Shown here in pieces: positions 29,551 to 44,138 of a stretch of DNA of 64,000 bases. Below the pieces are notes generated by a model. That model was not told the DNA's origin. It worked only from the letters and a program-made list of their open reading frames with translations, and made no database searches. Source of the stretch: Eledone cirrhosa (lineage: Eukaryota); the NCBI GenBank assembly GCA_964016885.1, contig OZ024743.1, positions 301,878,001-301,942,000 of the forward strand, given 5' to 3'. The translations under genes and the position numbers were made by a program. Positions within the stretch are counted from its first letter, which is position 1. Each line of letters opens with the position of its first letter.

Positions 29551-29905
29551 TTTCTCCCTCATATAAAGAATTTGAAGACAATTCATTTTCAGCTGATGAG
29601 ATCAGTGATAATCGATCTATCTCTTATTGAAACATGTGACGTGATTAAATGATTGGAATTTTACCTTGCCTTCGGATTTTCATTTTGATACTTATACTCC
29701 GTTTTACATCATCTAGCTGTTCCATTGAATGGAATTGGAGATATACAAAAGCGTGGAGAACTTGTTAACATAAAGTTAGTGGACCATTTTACACAACAAA
29801 TAATTCACCTTACGATATAACCTATATAACATATGAGGGATTGAATTCTGTCAAAAAACATGTTTTTTTTTTCTCCCTCATATCAAGAATTTGAAGACAA
29901 TTCAT
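29551..29905 (+). mobile_element. ~320-bp partial-tandem unit with a degenerate hammerhead
   Basis: ~35-bp direct repeat ttctccctcatat(a/c)aagaatttgaagacaattcat at 29552 and 29871; inside, CTGATGA..GAAA-catg-T at ~29593-29637. Confidence 0.5.
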
Positions 29906-31103
29906 GAAACGAAATTTCACTTCTCACTCTTAGAACGGCACTTACTTAAATGTAAATATGTATGTATGTATACGTACATACATATATGTATACACACGTA
30001 CAGTAATATGTATATATATACATACATGCACACATATATATATATGCACGTATCGCTTCCCGAACATTTATTATAATGCCCGGTGTGTTTGGTTGTAAAC
30101 AAACAAACAGCACGAATTACGCCGTACAGTGTTTAGGCAACCAGGTCATTTTTTTGTTCAACACTGACACAGGAACGATGTACTAGTTTCAAGCTTATTA
30201 GCTATCATCAGCATCGTATACCTTCCTGCCAGCTGGTTGAACGTCTGAAAGTATATACTTTCTTTTTGCATATTAACGTCTGAGCAGCCTAATTTGCATA
30301 TCGAGTGAGTTCAGTCGGCCAGGCACACCTTAAACAATAAATGTAATAGAATGAAACGAAATTTCATTGCTCACTCTTAGTACGGCACTTACTTAAATTT
30401 ATGTATGTATGAATGTATACGTACACACATCTTCCCTGTGTCAGTGTTGAACAAAAAGGTAACGCGGTGTCCTAAACACCGTACGGCGTAATTAGGCCTC
30501 TTTGTTTGTTTACAGACAAACAAACCGAGCATTCTAATAAATGTTCGGTAAACCGATACGTGCATATATATATATATATGTGCATCTATGTATATATATA
30601 CATACTACTGTACGTATGTATACATATATGTATGTAAGTTTACATACATACATACTTACATTTAATTAAGTGCCGTACTAAGAGTGAGGAATGAAATTTC
30701 GTTTCATTCTATTCCATTTATCGTATTCGGTGTGCCCGGCCGACTGAACTCACTCGATATGCAAATTAGGCTGCTCAGCCGTTAATATGCATAAAGAAAG
30801 TATATACTTTCAGACGTTCAACCATTTGGCAGGAAGGTATACGATGCTAACGATAGCCAATAAGCTTGAACATAGTACATATTTCCTGTGTCAGTTTTGA
30901 ACAAAAAGGTGATGTGATTGCCTAAACACTGCACGGCGTAATTCGGGCTGTTTGTTTGTTTACAAACAAACAAATCGAGCATTATAATAAATGTTCGGTA
31001 AACCGATACGTGCATATATATATGTGTGCATGTATGTATATATACACATACTACTGTACGTCTGTATACATATATGTATGTACGTATACATACATACATA
31101 CTT
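29904..31103. mobile_element. Retrozyme-like family C: ~1.2 units (-) joined head-to-head to ~1.5 units (+)
   Basis: Unit 447-450 bp (atgaaacgaaatttc at 29904 and 30351; cat..ttcc..tgtgtcagt at 30428 and 30878); no real ORF. Confidence 0.88.
30175..30217 (-). ncRNA. Intact minimal type I hammerhead ribozyme (family C)
   Basis: acgatg-CTGATGA-tagct aata agctt-GAAA-ctag-TA-catcgt; perfect 6-bp stem I, palindromic stem III ACTAGT, GUA triplet. Confidence 0.9.
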
Positions 31104-31126
31104 ATATATATATATATATATATATA

Positions 31127-31213
<87 letters not shown>

Positions 31214-31288
31214 ATATATATATTTATATATATATACATATATTTATATATATATTTACATATATATATAAACTATATATATATATTT

Positions 31289-33447
<2,159 letters not shown>

Positions 33448-33454
<7 letters not shown>

Positions 33455-33657
33455 GTGAGTTTTTTTTTTACAAATTGAAAAATAACCGAGGTGTCCTACA
33501 CGAGTGAAAGTATAAAGTAAAAAAGATGAAATCGAAAATGCAGCTGGAGTCTTATTTAAAAAAATATATATATATTTATTTGGTTCCTTTACCGGTTTCT
33601 CAGTTCTTCTGCTTTTCAAAAGTAGAATTGAGATGGAGGTCTGTGGTTTTTCTCACA
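33448..33657 (-). mobile_element. Family A fragment in (TA)n
   Basis: Homologous to 316-524. Confidence 0.8.
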
Positions 33658-33707
33658 TATATATATATATATATGTATATGTGTGTATATATATGCATAT
33701 GTGTGCA

Positions 33708-33745
<38 letters not shown>

Positions 33746-33752
<7 letters not shown>

Positions 33753-34140
33753 ATACTTTGGGAGGGTCATGTTGCCAATAAGAAACACACGCACCAGTTG
33801 CTTTCACTTCAATTTATTATATATTTATAAATTAATAAATTTACAAATCTACAAACTTATAAATTTCTGGTTGGTCACTGAAGAGGTCACAGAGTGTGTG
33901 ACGAAAGGACTATGACTATATATAAACAACTATCTGGTTGTGGAACCAACCAACCAACCAGAAATGTATAAGTTTGTAGATTTGTAAATTTATAAATTTA
34001 TAAATATATAATAAATTGAAGTGAAAGCAACTGGTGCGTGTGTTTCTTATTGGCAACATGACCCTCCCAAAGTATGACAATATCGGTTTCAACACACGAT
34101 TTCAGATAAAGAATCTTGCTAAACAAATTCAGAAACGAAA
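33746..34140. mobile_element. Family B foldback element; + arm starts at the hammerhead
   Basis: 33746-33873 is inverted relative to ~33955-34083; the + arm begins gtcaCTGAAGA at 33874. A more diverged fragment follows at 34165-34340. Confidence 0.85.
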
Positions 34141-34340
34141 TATATATATATTCATATATATATATCGTTTCTGAATTTGTTCAGCAACATTCTTTATCTG
34201 AAAACGTGTGTTGAAACCGATATTGTTATACATTGGTAGGGTGATGTTTCCAATAGAAACACACGCACCAGGAGCTTTCACTCCAATTTAATTATAAATT
34301 AAATTTATAAATATAAGGATTTATAAATGTTCGGTTGGTT

Positions 34341-35098
34341 TGTTTAATTTATTAATTTTTCATTGAGCCACAACGTGACCTGTTGCAAAACACATATATA
34401 TCTATGACTTTTTATATATATGTATGTAAACCTTTATATGTAATAATCTCCCGTTAGGTTGAGATACAATTTGGCGGTATTAGACTGCGCTTTCTAGCAT
34501 TAAACCTACCCGCTGTAAGCAACTAATCGCATCCTTTCTAACTTGACCCCTGCCACGTCAAGATTCTTAGCCATTTTTTAATGTATTTTTGGCCCGAACT
34601 CTTTGGAAAATTAAATGTCTAATTTTGAGTTCTCTCCTGATGATTCCGAAACTCTAGACATTCCGTTATCGGATGTCTTAAAATACGGATGAAACCATGA
34701 TAGAGGTTTTTGGTATGTACACAATACTTCTAAGTTCAATTTTTACACCTAATTGTGTTTGGTTGACTGTATATCTGGTCGATTTTACATGCCGTAGAAA
34801 TGTTAGATAAATAATCGATCGTTGCCGCCATGAAGGGGCTGCTTTCGGTTGTTTGTCGGAGATGTCTTCATAGGAGCCTTTATTCTTATAGCTTTGTCTA
34901 ATTGATTTTTTATATGGTTGATTATGCTAATTGGGAGAGGAAATGGTATATATTATATCTCGTGATTCTAAATACATATTTTATGATATATAGCTCTGAT
35001 TGTTTAATTTATTAATTTTTCATTGAGCCACAACGTGACCTGTTGCAAAACACATATATATCTATGGCTTTTTATATATATGTATGTAAACCTTTATA
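34341..35098 (+). mobile_element. ~660-bp ORF-less partial-tandem element with hammerhead
   Basis: ~98-bp direct repeats at 34341-34439 and 35001-35098; HHR at 34633-34706: tctc-CTGATGA-ttccg[agacattccg ttat cggatgtct]cggat-GAAA-ccatga-TA-gagg. Confidence 0.75.
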
Positions 35099-35439
35099 TA
35101 TATATATATATTGTACGTACAAGGATATATGCGTAAGTTTCCTAGAAGAAAATATAAAGTGATTTGTCCCAACGGAATACTTTGTATACACTGTTATGTC
35201 GCATAAATAAATGACTGTTAAACTATATATTCATCATTCTACGTACAATATTTGCCCTCCTGCTCTCCTGTTCTTAGAGATCTTGCATATTCATGAATAA
35301 TATTATCGGATATTTAAACGTACTGTTTCGCGTGTCAATCCCATTACACTATTGTTACACTTATCTTGACAGTAAGACCGCAATCAAAAACACCGGGGAG
35401 GATAACAGACGAAAAAATACATTAGTATATTAAAATGAT

Positions 35440-35882
35440 TTTTGATTTAGGAACATTGCAAACCATTTTGGGGAAGGGGAATATTGATTTCATTGGCCCC
35501 AACGGGTCATCGCTACTTTATTTATCAACCACGTATGGATGGAACGTAAACCTAACCATGGTGCAATTTGAAGTCAGGAAGCAAAGGGACGTAACTATAT
35601 GCTGGAAGGCATACTGTCCCAATCTCTACTGGCGCTGCAAACCACCGAGCTTATAATAAAATAATATTAATGGTTTTTGATTGAGGCAAAATTCTAAAAT
35701 TATTTGGTGGAAGGGGAATCGACTAAATCGTCTCCAGTGAATTATTCGTGCTTTCTTTCACCGACCGCATAAGGATGAAAGGCAAAGTAAACTCTGCGGG
35801 ATCTCAAATCAGAGCGTAAAAGGCCGTAACTCTATGCAATAAAACATGATGCCCGGTGCACTACTGATAATGCCAATCCACA
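35440..35882 (-). mobile_element. Two diverged SINE copies (longer variant)
   Basis: taaggatgaaaggcaaagt..gcgggat..tcagagcgtaaa..gccaatccac motifs shared with 787-977. Confidence 0.7.
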
Positions 35883-35899
35883 ATAATGATAATAGTAGC

Positions 35900-36680
35900 A
35901 TAATTAAAAAAACAAACAGATTTCAGATTACCCAGATATAGAACTGGTTAAGGAAAGGTGTCCATGACAAAGCCACAGAGGAAATGCTATTGGCTGCTCA
36001 ATGGTAACTCTCAGAAAAGAGTGGATGAAACACCATATTGAAAACGAGGAGGTTAATCCAGCCTTAGGTATTTGTGGAGAGAGAGAGGAAACTGTGGCTC
36101 ACATCGTATCGGAATGTAAACACCTAGCCCATCCTCACTATAAAAGATGCAGGCATGAAAATGTAAGAAAAAGTGATTTACTGGCATTGAATCAAACTGC
36201 ACAAATTACCTGACTCTGAGAAATGGTATGAATATAAGCCAGAGTCAGTGATAAATAACGAGCGAGTGAAGTTGCTGTGGGATTTCAGGCTAGAAATTGT
36301 CAAATAATTAGAACATGATAGGTAATTGACATGGAAATCTACTCTTACTTCATTATAGATGTAGCTTGCTTCTTTAGCACACGCATGCAAGAGAAGTGGT
36401 ATGAGAAAATGTACAATACCAGGGTTGAAAATGGAACTGAAAAATTAGTTCGATGTGATTAAGTTCGTCTCCGTCGTCATAGATGCACTAGGTACTATCT
36501 CAAAGAGCTTCAAAGACTAGTTAAATTAGCCCAGCCCCATTGTTTTGAAGACACCAGAAGTTATGACTACTGGGAACAGCAAGGACACTCAGATATGACC
36601 TGAGTATCTGACTTTGACGTACTGACATGTGAACATTTTCCTTTTAAACAACAGCAATGACTGAGTTATCAAAGTAATAA
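35900..36680 (+). mobile_element. R4/Dong-clade non-LTR fragment (CCHC-type finger + RLE), decayed
   Basis: WLRKG..ATEEMLLAAQ; ICGEREETVAHIVSECKHLA..YKRCRHENV; WYEYKPESVINNERVKLLWDF; IIDVAC. Confidence 0.82.
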
Positions 36681-36699
36681 TCGTTTCTAAATTTGGCAC

Positions 36700-37042
36700 A
36701 AGACCAACAATAAACTCAGCGCATTACTGGTTCTATATGTTATCGTAACGATGAAAGGCAAAGTTAACCTCAGCTTGATTTGAACTCTAACCGTAAAAAG
36801 GTCGTAAAACCGAAAGACTAAGCTGTAAAACATGGCATCCCACCCTCTACCAATAATTGTTTCTACTTTTCGCACAAGGCCAGCAATTACTCAGTGTATT
36901 ACTGGTACTTTATTTTATCGACCACGTAAGGATGAAAGGCAAAGTTAACCTCGGTGGGATTTGAACTCAGACCGTAAAGGGATGTAACTATGCTGGAAAG
37001 CATGGCGTCCGACCCTCTACCGATACTGCCAATTCACCGCCC
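36700..37042 (-). mobile_element. Two adjacent SINE copies
   Basis: 36853-37042 is full-length and similar to 787-977; 36700-36853 is an older 5'-truncated copy. Confidence 0.85.
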
Positions 37043-37719
37043 TTGATTAGAGTACACAAATTATTCGAACTAAGAGAAGCTCTTGGGGAAATAACGCTCT
37101 TCTGGTAACCACATTCTTTCTCGCTAAATTAGCTATTTATGCATAGTATCCAGAAATATGAAAATTGGCATTAACCACAGAATGTTTGGAACTTAAATCA
37201 AAATGAATGCCATGAGACGTTTGGCTTGAAGCTTTAATGATTTTGCCAATTCCAGAACATTTTAGGCTTTAAACCTTGGATGATTCTGCCAATTTCAGAA
37301 CATTTTAGGATTAGAATTTTGATCGGTGTTCTCTGGACAGGAAAAATTATATGTGTATGCTACTAAGCTAAATCTATCAATTGTATAGTGAAAATGTTTC
37401 CTCTGATTGAGAGCATTTAAGCTTTGTCGTGTTGCTGACTTCAGAACGCACAATACTAATTCCACATCACCTGCGAATTTCCAGCCAAATAGATAAGCTA
37501 ATTATCAATTATCTATCTGTTAGAACATAGAAAGTACTTTGGCATTGATCAGTCTCACTCGACGGTTGATGTTTGATAATTTACGCGTAGATCCATTGAG
37601 CTCTTTTGGGGTCCAACGTTATCTAAATTAAACAAAAACTTGAATTTCTCCAAACAATGAACATCATGCATTAAGTTTCCATTTGGAACACATCGTTCTT
37701 ATTCTGTCAACTATAAATC

Positions 37720-39649
37720 TTTAGATTTTCAGAGGCCTGAAAACGTAACGATAAGTTTAGGAAAAAGGTTCTGTAGAGAACAACACAATTCCAAAGCCTA
37801 CTTCTTGACAGTGTACTTGATAGAATTATACCTGAAATTAGAAGTTTAGCCCCTCTTGCACTGTGGAACAATTCTTTCGCGGTGATTGATTGGTTCAACG
37901 GCATATGTAACAAGGAACATTGCCGTTTTATCCAATTCGACATCAACAATTACTACTCCTCCATCACTTTACCACATCTCCTTAGAGCTATCAATTTCGC
38001 TAAAACACTCACAGTGGTTAAAGATTTCGAAGTTGATGTCATCCTCAATGCCCGAAAGTCGGTGATTAATTTCGACGACTCTGTTTGGATTAAAAATCCA
38101 ATAGTACCCTATTCGACGTGAGTATGGGCGCCAGTGATTCTGCGGAGGTTACTGATCTTATCGGCCTTTTCCTTCCTATCTGTATCAAGGACGAATTCCC
38201 CAATGCGGGCGGTGGTTTGTACCGTGACGATGGTCTTTTGACCATGACTAAGTGCGGACCTCGTGCTTGCGACAGGTTCAGAAAAGAACTCACAGCCTTC
38301 TTTAAAGGCTTCAACATCTCTATACAGGTTGAGGCCAATCTCTCGGTCGTTAATTACCTTGACGTTACCCTCAATTTATTGAATGGGTTGTATTACCCGT
38401 ATAGAAAGCCGAATGATACGCTTAATTACATAAGTAAGCATTCCAACCAACCTGTCAGCATAGCAACAACCTGGTAAGAAACGTTTCGTTGAGGCTTTCC
38501 CGTCTTTCCACCAACGAGCGTATTTTCAACGACCATTCCACTTATTACAATGAAGCTCTTGCTCGAAGTGGATTTGTCGATAAGGTAGCATATACAGAGT
38601 ACGAAAATATACCTAGAAGAAATAGATCCCGTTGCATTTGTTGGTATAACCCACCATATAATATGGAGGTGGCCACACCATTAGCTAAGATCTTTATTTC
38701 CCTTATTACGAAGCATGTTCCCCCTACACATAAATATAGTAAATGTTTTAATAGAAATACTATTAAAATGTCTTACTCTACGACTCCTTACCTTGCACAT
38801 AACATCAAAGCTTCAAATTTAGCTAAACTACCTAGCCGTAGGAACACGTGCAACCCTGTAGTTAGTACTAACTGTAATTGTAGGAAGCGGGTTGATTGCT
38901 CCCTTTCCGGGAAATGCCTCTCCAGTAACATTGTCTATAAATGTAAGGTTGTAACACCCACGTCCCGTAGGGCCTACATGGGGTTAACGGCCAATAGATT
39001 CAAGCAGCGTCTTTACACGCATACCCATTCTTTTCGTTACCCTCTAAGAAGGAATATGACGTCACTTTCAGCTTATATCTGGAGTCTAAAAGACAACCAC
39101 ACCTAATATAAGTTACACTGGGAGACCCTAGCTAGGGCTAGATCGTATAACGGAAATAAAAGACCATGTGACCTAGCGCCGCTGAGGCCCTGGAAATACT
39201 CTACGCGACAGACCACATCTTAAACTGAAAATCTGAGGCAATTTCGGCTTGTAAACATAAATTGCACAAAACTTTCCTGTATTACAGCCCCAAGTTATAC
39301 CCTAACGGATAGTACGATCTATACGTGGATATTTTACGTCTTGATATGGGAGCTAATTTTATGTTTTGTTTATACCATTACTTATTTGCATATCGAACGT
39401 TTCTACGAACCAAAGTATCGTCTTCCTGTCTTACTCCGGTTGCAAAGTTTTTTGAAATATCCACTTCTGCGTTTACAGATTGACTTTGTTAGTTTCAGAA
39501 GATCCCGTTAAGGGTGAAAGCAGCGATTTTTTGCTTAAACTTTAATCTGTTTATTTGAATAAATATTTGCCCTACGGTTCTTATATATTTTATATATATT
39601 TATCCTTACCGAGCCCTCTTTGGATTTTAGTCTTGAAATTTATTATTAT

Positions 39650-39653
<4 letters not shown>
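37720..39653 (+). mobile_element. Nematis-type Penelope-like element, 5'-truncated
   Basis: FIQFDINNYYSSI, MGASDSAEVTDLIGLF, GLYRDDGL, VNYLDVTL, WYNPPY, CNCRKRVDCSLSGKCL..IVYKC..YMGLTANRFKQR; ends in (TA)n. Confidence 0.92.
39491..39541 (+). ncRNA. Hammerhead ribozyme (core U4 substituted by A in this copy)
   Basis: agttt-CAGAAGA-tccc gttaa gggt-GAAA-gcag cgatttt ttgc-TT-aaact; stems I, II and III all pair. Confidence 0.65.
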
Positions 39654-39692
<39 letters not shown>

Positions 39693-39744
39693 CAGAAAGA
39701 GAGATAGTGAGTGAGTGAAAGAGATAGAGTGAGGTGGGGTCCCG

Positions 39745-39860
39745 CAACAAATCAGTTAACCATATTCGAGGACGCGTGTTTCACTGAACGCATGCTCAAG
39801 CCGTATTAAAAATCCGCCCGGTGGAACGCGCGTCCTCAAGTATGGTTTACTAAATTGTTT
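39745..39860. repeat. Short GC-richer inverted repeat (MITE-like hairpin)
   Basis: aaccatattcgaggacgcgtgtttcactg ... cggtggaacgcgcgtcctcaagtatggtt. Confidence 0.6.
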
Positions 39861-41448
39861 TGGAATAAATTCTATACCGAACCTCTCCACTGGACTGAGT
39901 GCTTTACTTAATTAGCATATAATCTCCCGATATGTTACCAATATATATATATTTATGCATGTGTGTGTGTGTTTGTGTTTATACATATTAATGTCTGCGT
40001 GTGTGTCTCTGCGCATGTGTCTCTGTGCGTGCGAGTGTGTATGTGTGTGAATTTCAAGCATTTTTCACTCGTCTACCCGATAAACCTTTTGAGATTATCA
40101 ATAATTATAACGACGAAGAAGAATGCTGAACAACTTTTCTAGTTATTGCTTTTTTTTCTTTAAGAGCTTACCAGAAACTTGATGGAGACTATATTGTTTT
40201 CAATTTGAAATTGATAATAATTCTGCTTCAGCCTTTCTTAACTGAATTGTATTAAATACATTCTGTATTTTCTTAGATGGGGGTCAAATTTAACATGATC
40301 TCTAATGTAATATAGTAAATATTATAAAAATTATTCTGAAAGAACTAAAGTTAGACTTTTAATGAACTACATTTTGGAAACATCTAATTATACATTAGGT
40401 TTACAATCATAATTTAGCTATAAGTAACTTAAGAAATGTTTACTCATTCACCGCTAGTTGGACGAGGTGAATTCCGCCATTAACAAAATAAAAACAGACA
40501 GATTCCTCACAAGAATCAGTTTATTGAATTGTAGAATATATTGTAACTTAATTTCCACCAAAATATTTTATTCTCGGGTGAATTGAGAATTGTTTAGCTC
40601 TCCCAGATGAACTTTCTATATGACTTATATTGTTAAAAGAAAACTTTATTAAATGTTGTCTACAGCAGGATAATTTGGTTTTGGTATATTAACGTGAGAG
40701 TATGTTTCACAAAACAATTCAAAAGGCTGTAGATTATTTACAACGGAAGAATGTGTGCTTGAAAGTATATGGAAGAAAATATATATAAAAGTTCTCAATT
40801 CAGAAAACATATCTAGTGTATATGCTGCTCATCCTGTGCTCATCAGCGGCGTTCTGAACCTTAAATGTCGAAATAGTTAATGCACCGTTATTATTGCCAT
40901 ATTTGTCAAACATTGTCTTACAATATAGCCAAAAATGTAAACATTTGTACGTTCATGAGGATCATATAGGGCTTTGACAGGCAATTGGATGATGTTTTAC
41001 TTTAAGAATGACGTCCAACTTGCATCAGATCCGTAAGGCTTATTGATATCCAGCTAGTACATAGTTGTAATGCAAACAAGACAAACCTTAGAACCAGAAG
41101 GTAATGAAGCCCAAGTTATGAGAAATAAAGGTTGATGTAATGTAACTATGTGTAATAATGAACACATTTCTGTATAATTATAAATGAGGAAGAGCTTCGA
41201 CGACAAAAGGCATACACTTCCAATGATCACACTAATCGAAAGCAAGATATCAGGAAGTCAACATATGTGCTGCGTTTAAATTCTATCACATGATTTTCCA
41301 AAAAGCTTCCCATCTTATGAAATAAGCCCAACACACACCTGTAATTCTACTCACATCCACCCTAACACGAATAAGAGTATGTATACATATATGAATGAAA
41401 ACAATATACATATGAATATATATGTATATATATATATATATATATATA

Positions 41449-41632
41449 GTTTTGCGAGGTTTTTGATCTGGAATCGTGTGTCGAAACAAATATTGTTATA
41501 CTTGGAGAGGGTCATATTTGTGTAATATTGCCAGAATTAATAACAGAACACACTCACTGTGAGTATGTTCTTTTATTAATTCTTGCAATATTACACAAAT
41601 ATGACAATCCCCAAGTATAACAATACATCGTC
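41449..41632. mobile_element. Family B-related diverged fragment with short inversion
   Basis: atctggaatcgtgtgtcgaaac..tattgttatacttggagagggtcatatttgtgtaatattg, inverted at 41586-41625. Confidence 0.6.
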
Positions 41633-41641
41633 GTATTTTTT

Positions 41642-41992
41642 ACTAAATAAATTAGAGAAATTATTTAGCCTAATAGTGGACTTAAGAACCCACGGAGAAA
41701 TGGAAAAAAGATGCGTATTGACGTACATGGGAGTCGAACCCACATCTTTGATTATCAAGACCACTGTGCTACCAGTTACACCAACAATTGAAGCACAGTG
41801 GTTTGGATAACCAAAGATGTAGGTTCGACTCCCATGTACGTCAATACTCATCTTTTTTCCATTTCTCCGACGGTTCTTAACCCCACTATCAGACTAAATA
41901 TTTTCTCCAATGTCATTAGTCATAATACGGCGATAGCTTACATTTATAATAATTTCAAAACTCTCGCTCGCTGATTCGAAAATATTATTACA
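41642..41992. mobile_element. tRNA-derived element in head-to-head foldback arrangement
   Basis: Minus arm: TGGTGTAACTGGTAGCAC (A box/D arm)..gtggg TTCGACT cccat (B box/T arm)..TTTTTT. The + arm 41792-41910 is its inverted copy and continues with a tail to (TA)n. Confidence 0.75.
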
Positions 41993-42020
41993 TATATATA
42001 TATTACATATATTACATATA

Positions 42021-42168
<148 letters not shown>

Positions 42169-42169
42169 T

Positions 42170-42848
42170 ATTAAAATACAAATATTAATAAAATAGATGT
42201 TCTTTTGATCAATTACATTTTATTATACATATTTCGGATGCACAACAGTACGTCCTCATCAGACAAAATAAAAATGATACATGACATACCCTCAGATGTT
42301 AAATGGTTAAGATTTAATCAAGGTGGTGATTAAACTAAGACCAAATTTAACATCTATACCCTAATAATGAGAACATGCGAAAACGTAATAAATTCAATAG
42401 AGAATGAGTGATTAAGAAAAACGTTGCTTAATGTAACAGTTATAGAGATTTTTAAATGTATGATACTAGAATTTATGTTTATCTAGGAAAACATTTCATG
42501 AATTATAACAGGCAATGAGAGCCACTGTTGAATTTATTACGTTTTCGCATTTTCTCGTTATTAGGGTATAAGTGTTAAATTGTCTCTTAGGTTAATCACT
42601 ACCTTGATTAAATGTTAACTATTTACCATCTCAGGGTATGTCATGTATCATAATATTATGTCTGATGTAAACGTACCGTTGTACATCCGAAATATGAATA
42701 ATAACATGTAATTGATCAAAAAAACACGTATTTTATACATATTTGTATTTTAATATTAATAACTCTGGAAAACTATTTTTCGTAGAGTGCTTCCAATCTA
42801 CTGTAAAACTCATTCTCTTTGATATGCTCATTGCATCTTGTTTAACTC

Positions 42849-42855
<7 letters not shown>
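42170..42855. mobile_element. Foldback mini-element with hammerheads (~230-bp arms, ~125-bp spacer, ~100-bp tail)
   Basis: 42170-42400 is inverted relative to 42526-42755. Minus-arm HHR ~42222-42268: CTGATGA-ggacgtac tgtt gtgcatcc-GAAA-tatg-TA. Confidence 0.8.
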
Positions 42856-42945
<90 letters not shown>

Positions 42946-42989
42946 TAACAGATAAAAGTTTGAGCAAAGAATGTATATATATATATATA

Positions 42990-43395
42990 TTAGAAAATGA
43001 GGTTTTTTTTACACAATGAAAAATAACCGAGATGTCCTACACGAGTAAAAGTATAAAGAAAACAGGAAGAAATTGAACATGCAACTGGAGTCTTATTTTT
43101 AAAATAATATATATATTTATTAGGCTCCTTTACCGGTTTCGCAGTTCTTCTGCTTTTCTGTATTTATTTCTGCTTGGTACGGGTATTTTCTTTGTAGAAA
43201 TATACACATGTTGTTTCTGCATGATGAATATAAGTCAATGGAATGCTTAACCAGTGGAGCCATGAAAGCAGCAATACTTTGCTTAAACTTTATTGGTTAT
43301 TTTAATAAATATTTGCTCTTCGGTTCTTATATATTTTATATATATTCATCCTTATCGAGCCCTCTTTGGATTTTAGTCTTCACATTTATTATTAT

Positions 43396-43400
<5 letters not shown>
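42990..43400. mobile_element. Family A fragment (-) joined to a 3'-end fragment (+) of the 37720-39653 PLE family
   Basis: 42990-43157 matches 316-485; 43262-43400 matches 39515-39653. Confidence 0.75.
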
Positions 43401-43437
<37 letters not shown>

Positions 43438-44138
43438 AGAGAGAGAGAGAGAGAGGGAGAGAGAGAGAGATAGTGATATAGATATAGATATTGATATAGA
43501 CATATATATAGATATATATGCGTGTAAGTGTGTGTTTACATATATATCCTTTTGAATATTCATTACAAATATAACAACTTTCTGTATGTCTGATCGTTCA
43601 AATATTATAGATTGGTCTTGGCCTCAATACTAGATCACAAGTATTTTATGATTTATTTCGTGAAGGGCAATGAGTGCCAGATACGTTTGAAATATATATT
43701 ACGTTCCACAAAATTATAACTTATATTGCTTGAAGTTTGATTTCAAAGCTTTCTGTAGCCTCTAACGTTGATACTCCAGGCTTTGATAAATTGCGTACTA
43801 GAAAATTACTCCATCGATATAACGTACAATTCTTGTGTCTACGTTAGTTATCGATAATCATATTCACGAAAATTATGGTTGGTGAGGCAATATATAGAGA
43901 TATATTAAAGTTCTTTCGATATTTATTTGCATATCTTCCATTTCAGAATTAAATAGCCATAGGATTATATGTTGACATCCATTAATTTATTGTCGGTAGG
44001 ATTCTATAATAATCAGTATTAATTGATTGTGCCAATGATAGCCAAAAGTATGTGCTTGCACATCGCATGGCATTGTTGTGACATACATACTTTTATAAAT
44101 ATACGTACATAGACAGCTCATATTATATATATATATAT

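Noticed and set aside
41717-41790. Functional tRNA gene
   Set aside because: 5' acceptor strand missing and anticodon loop inconsistent between arms; treated as a tRNA-derived repeat.
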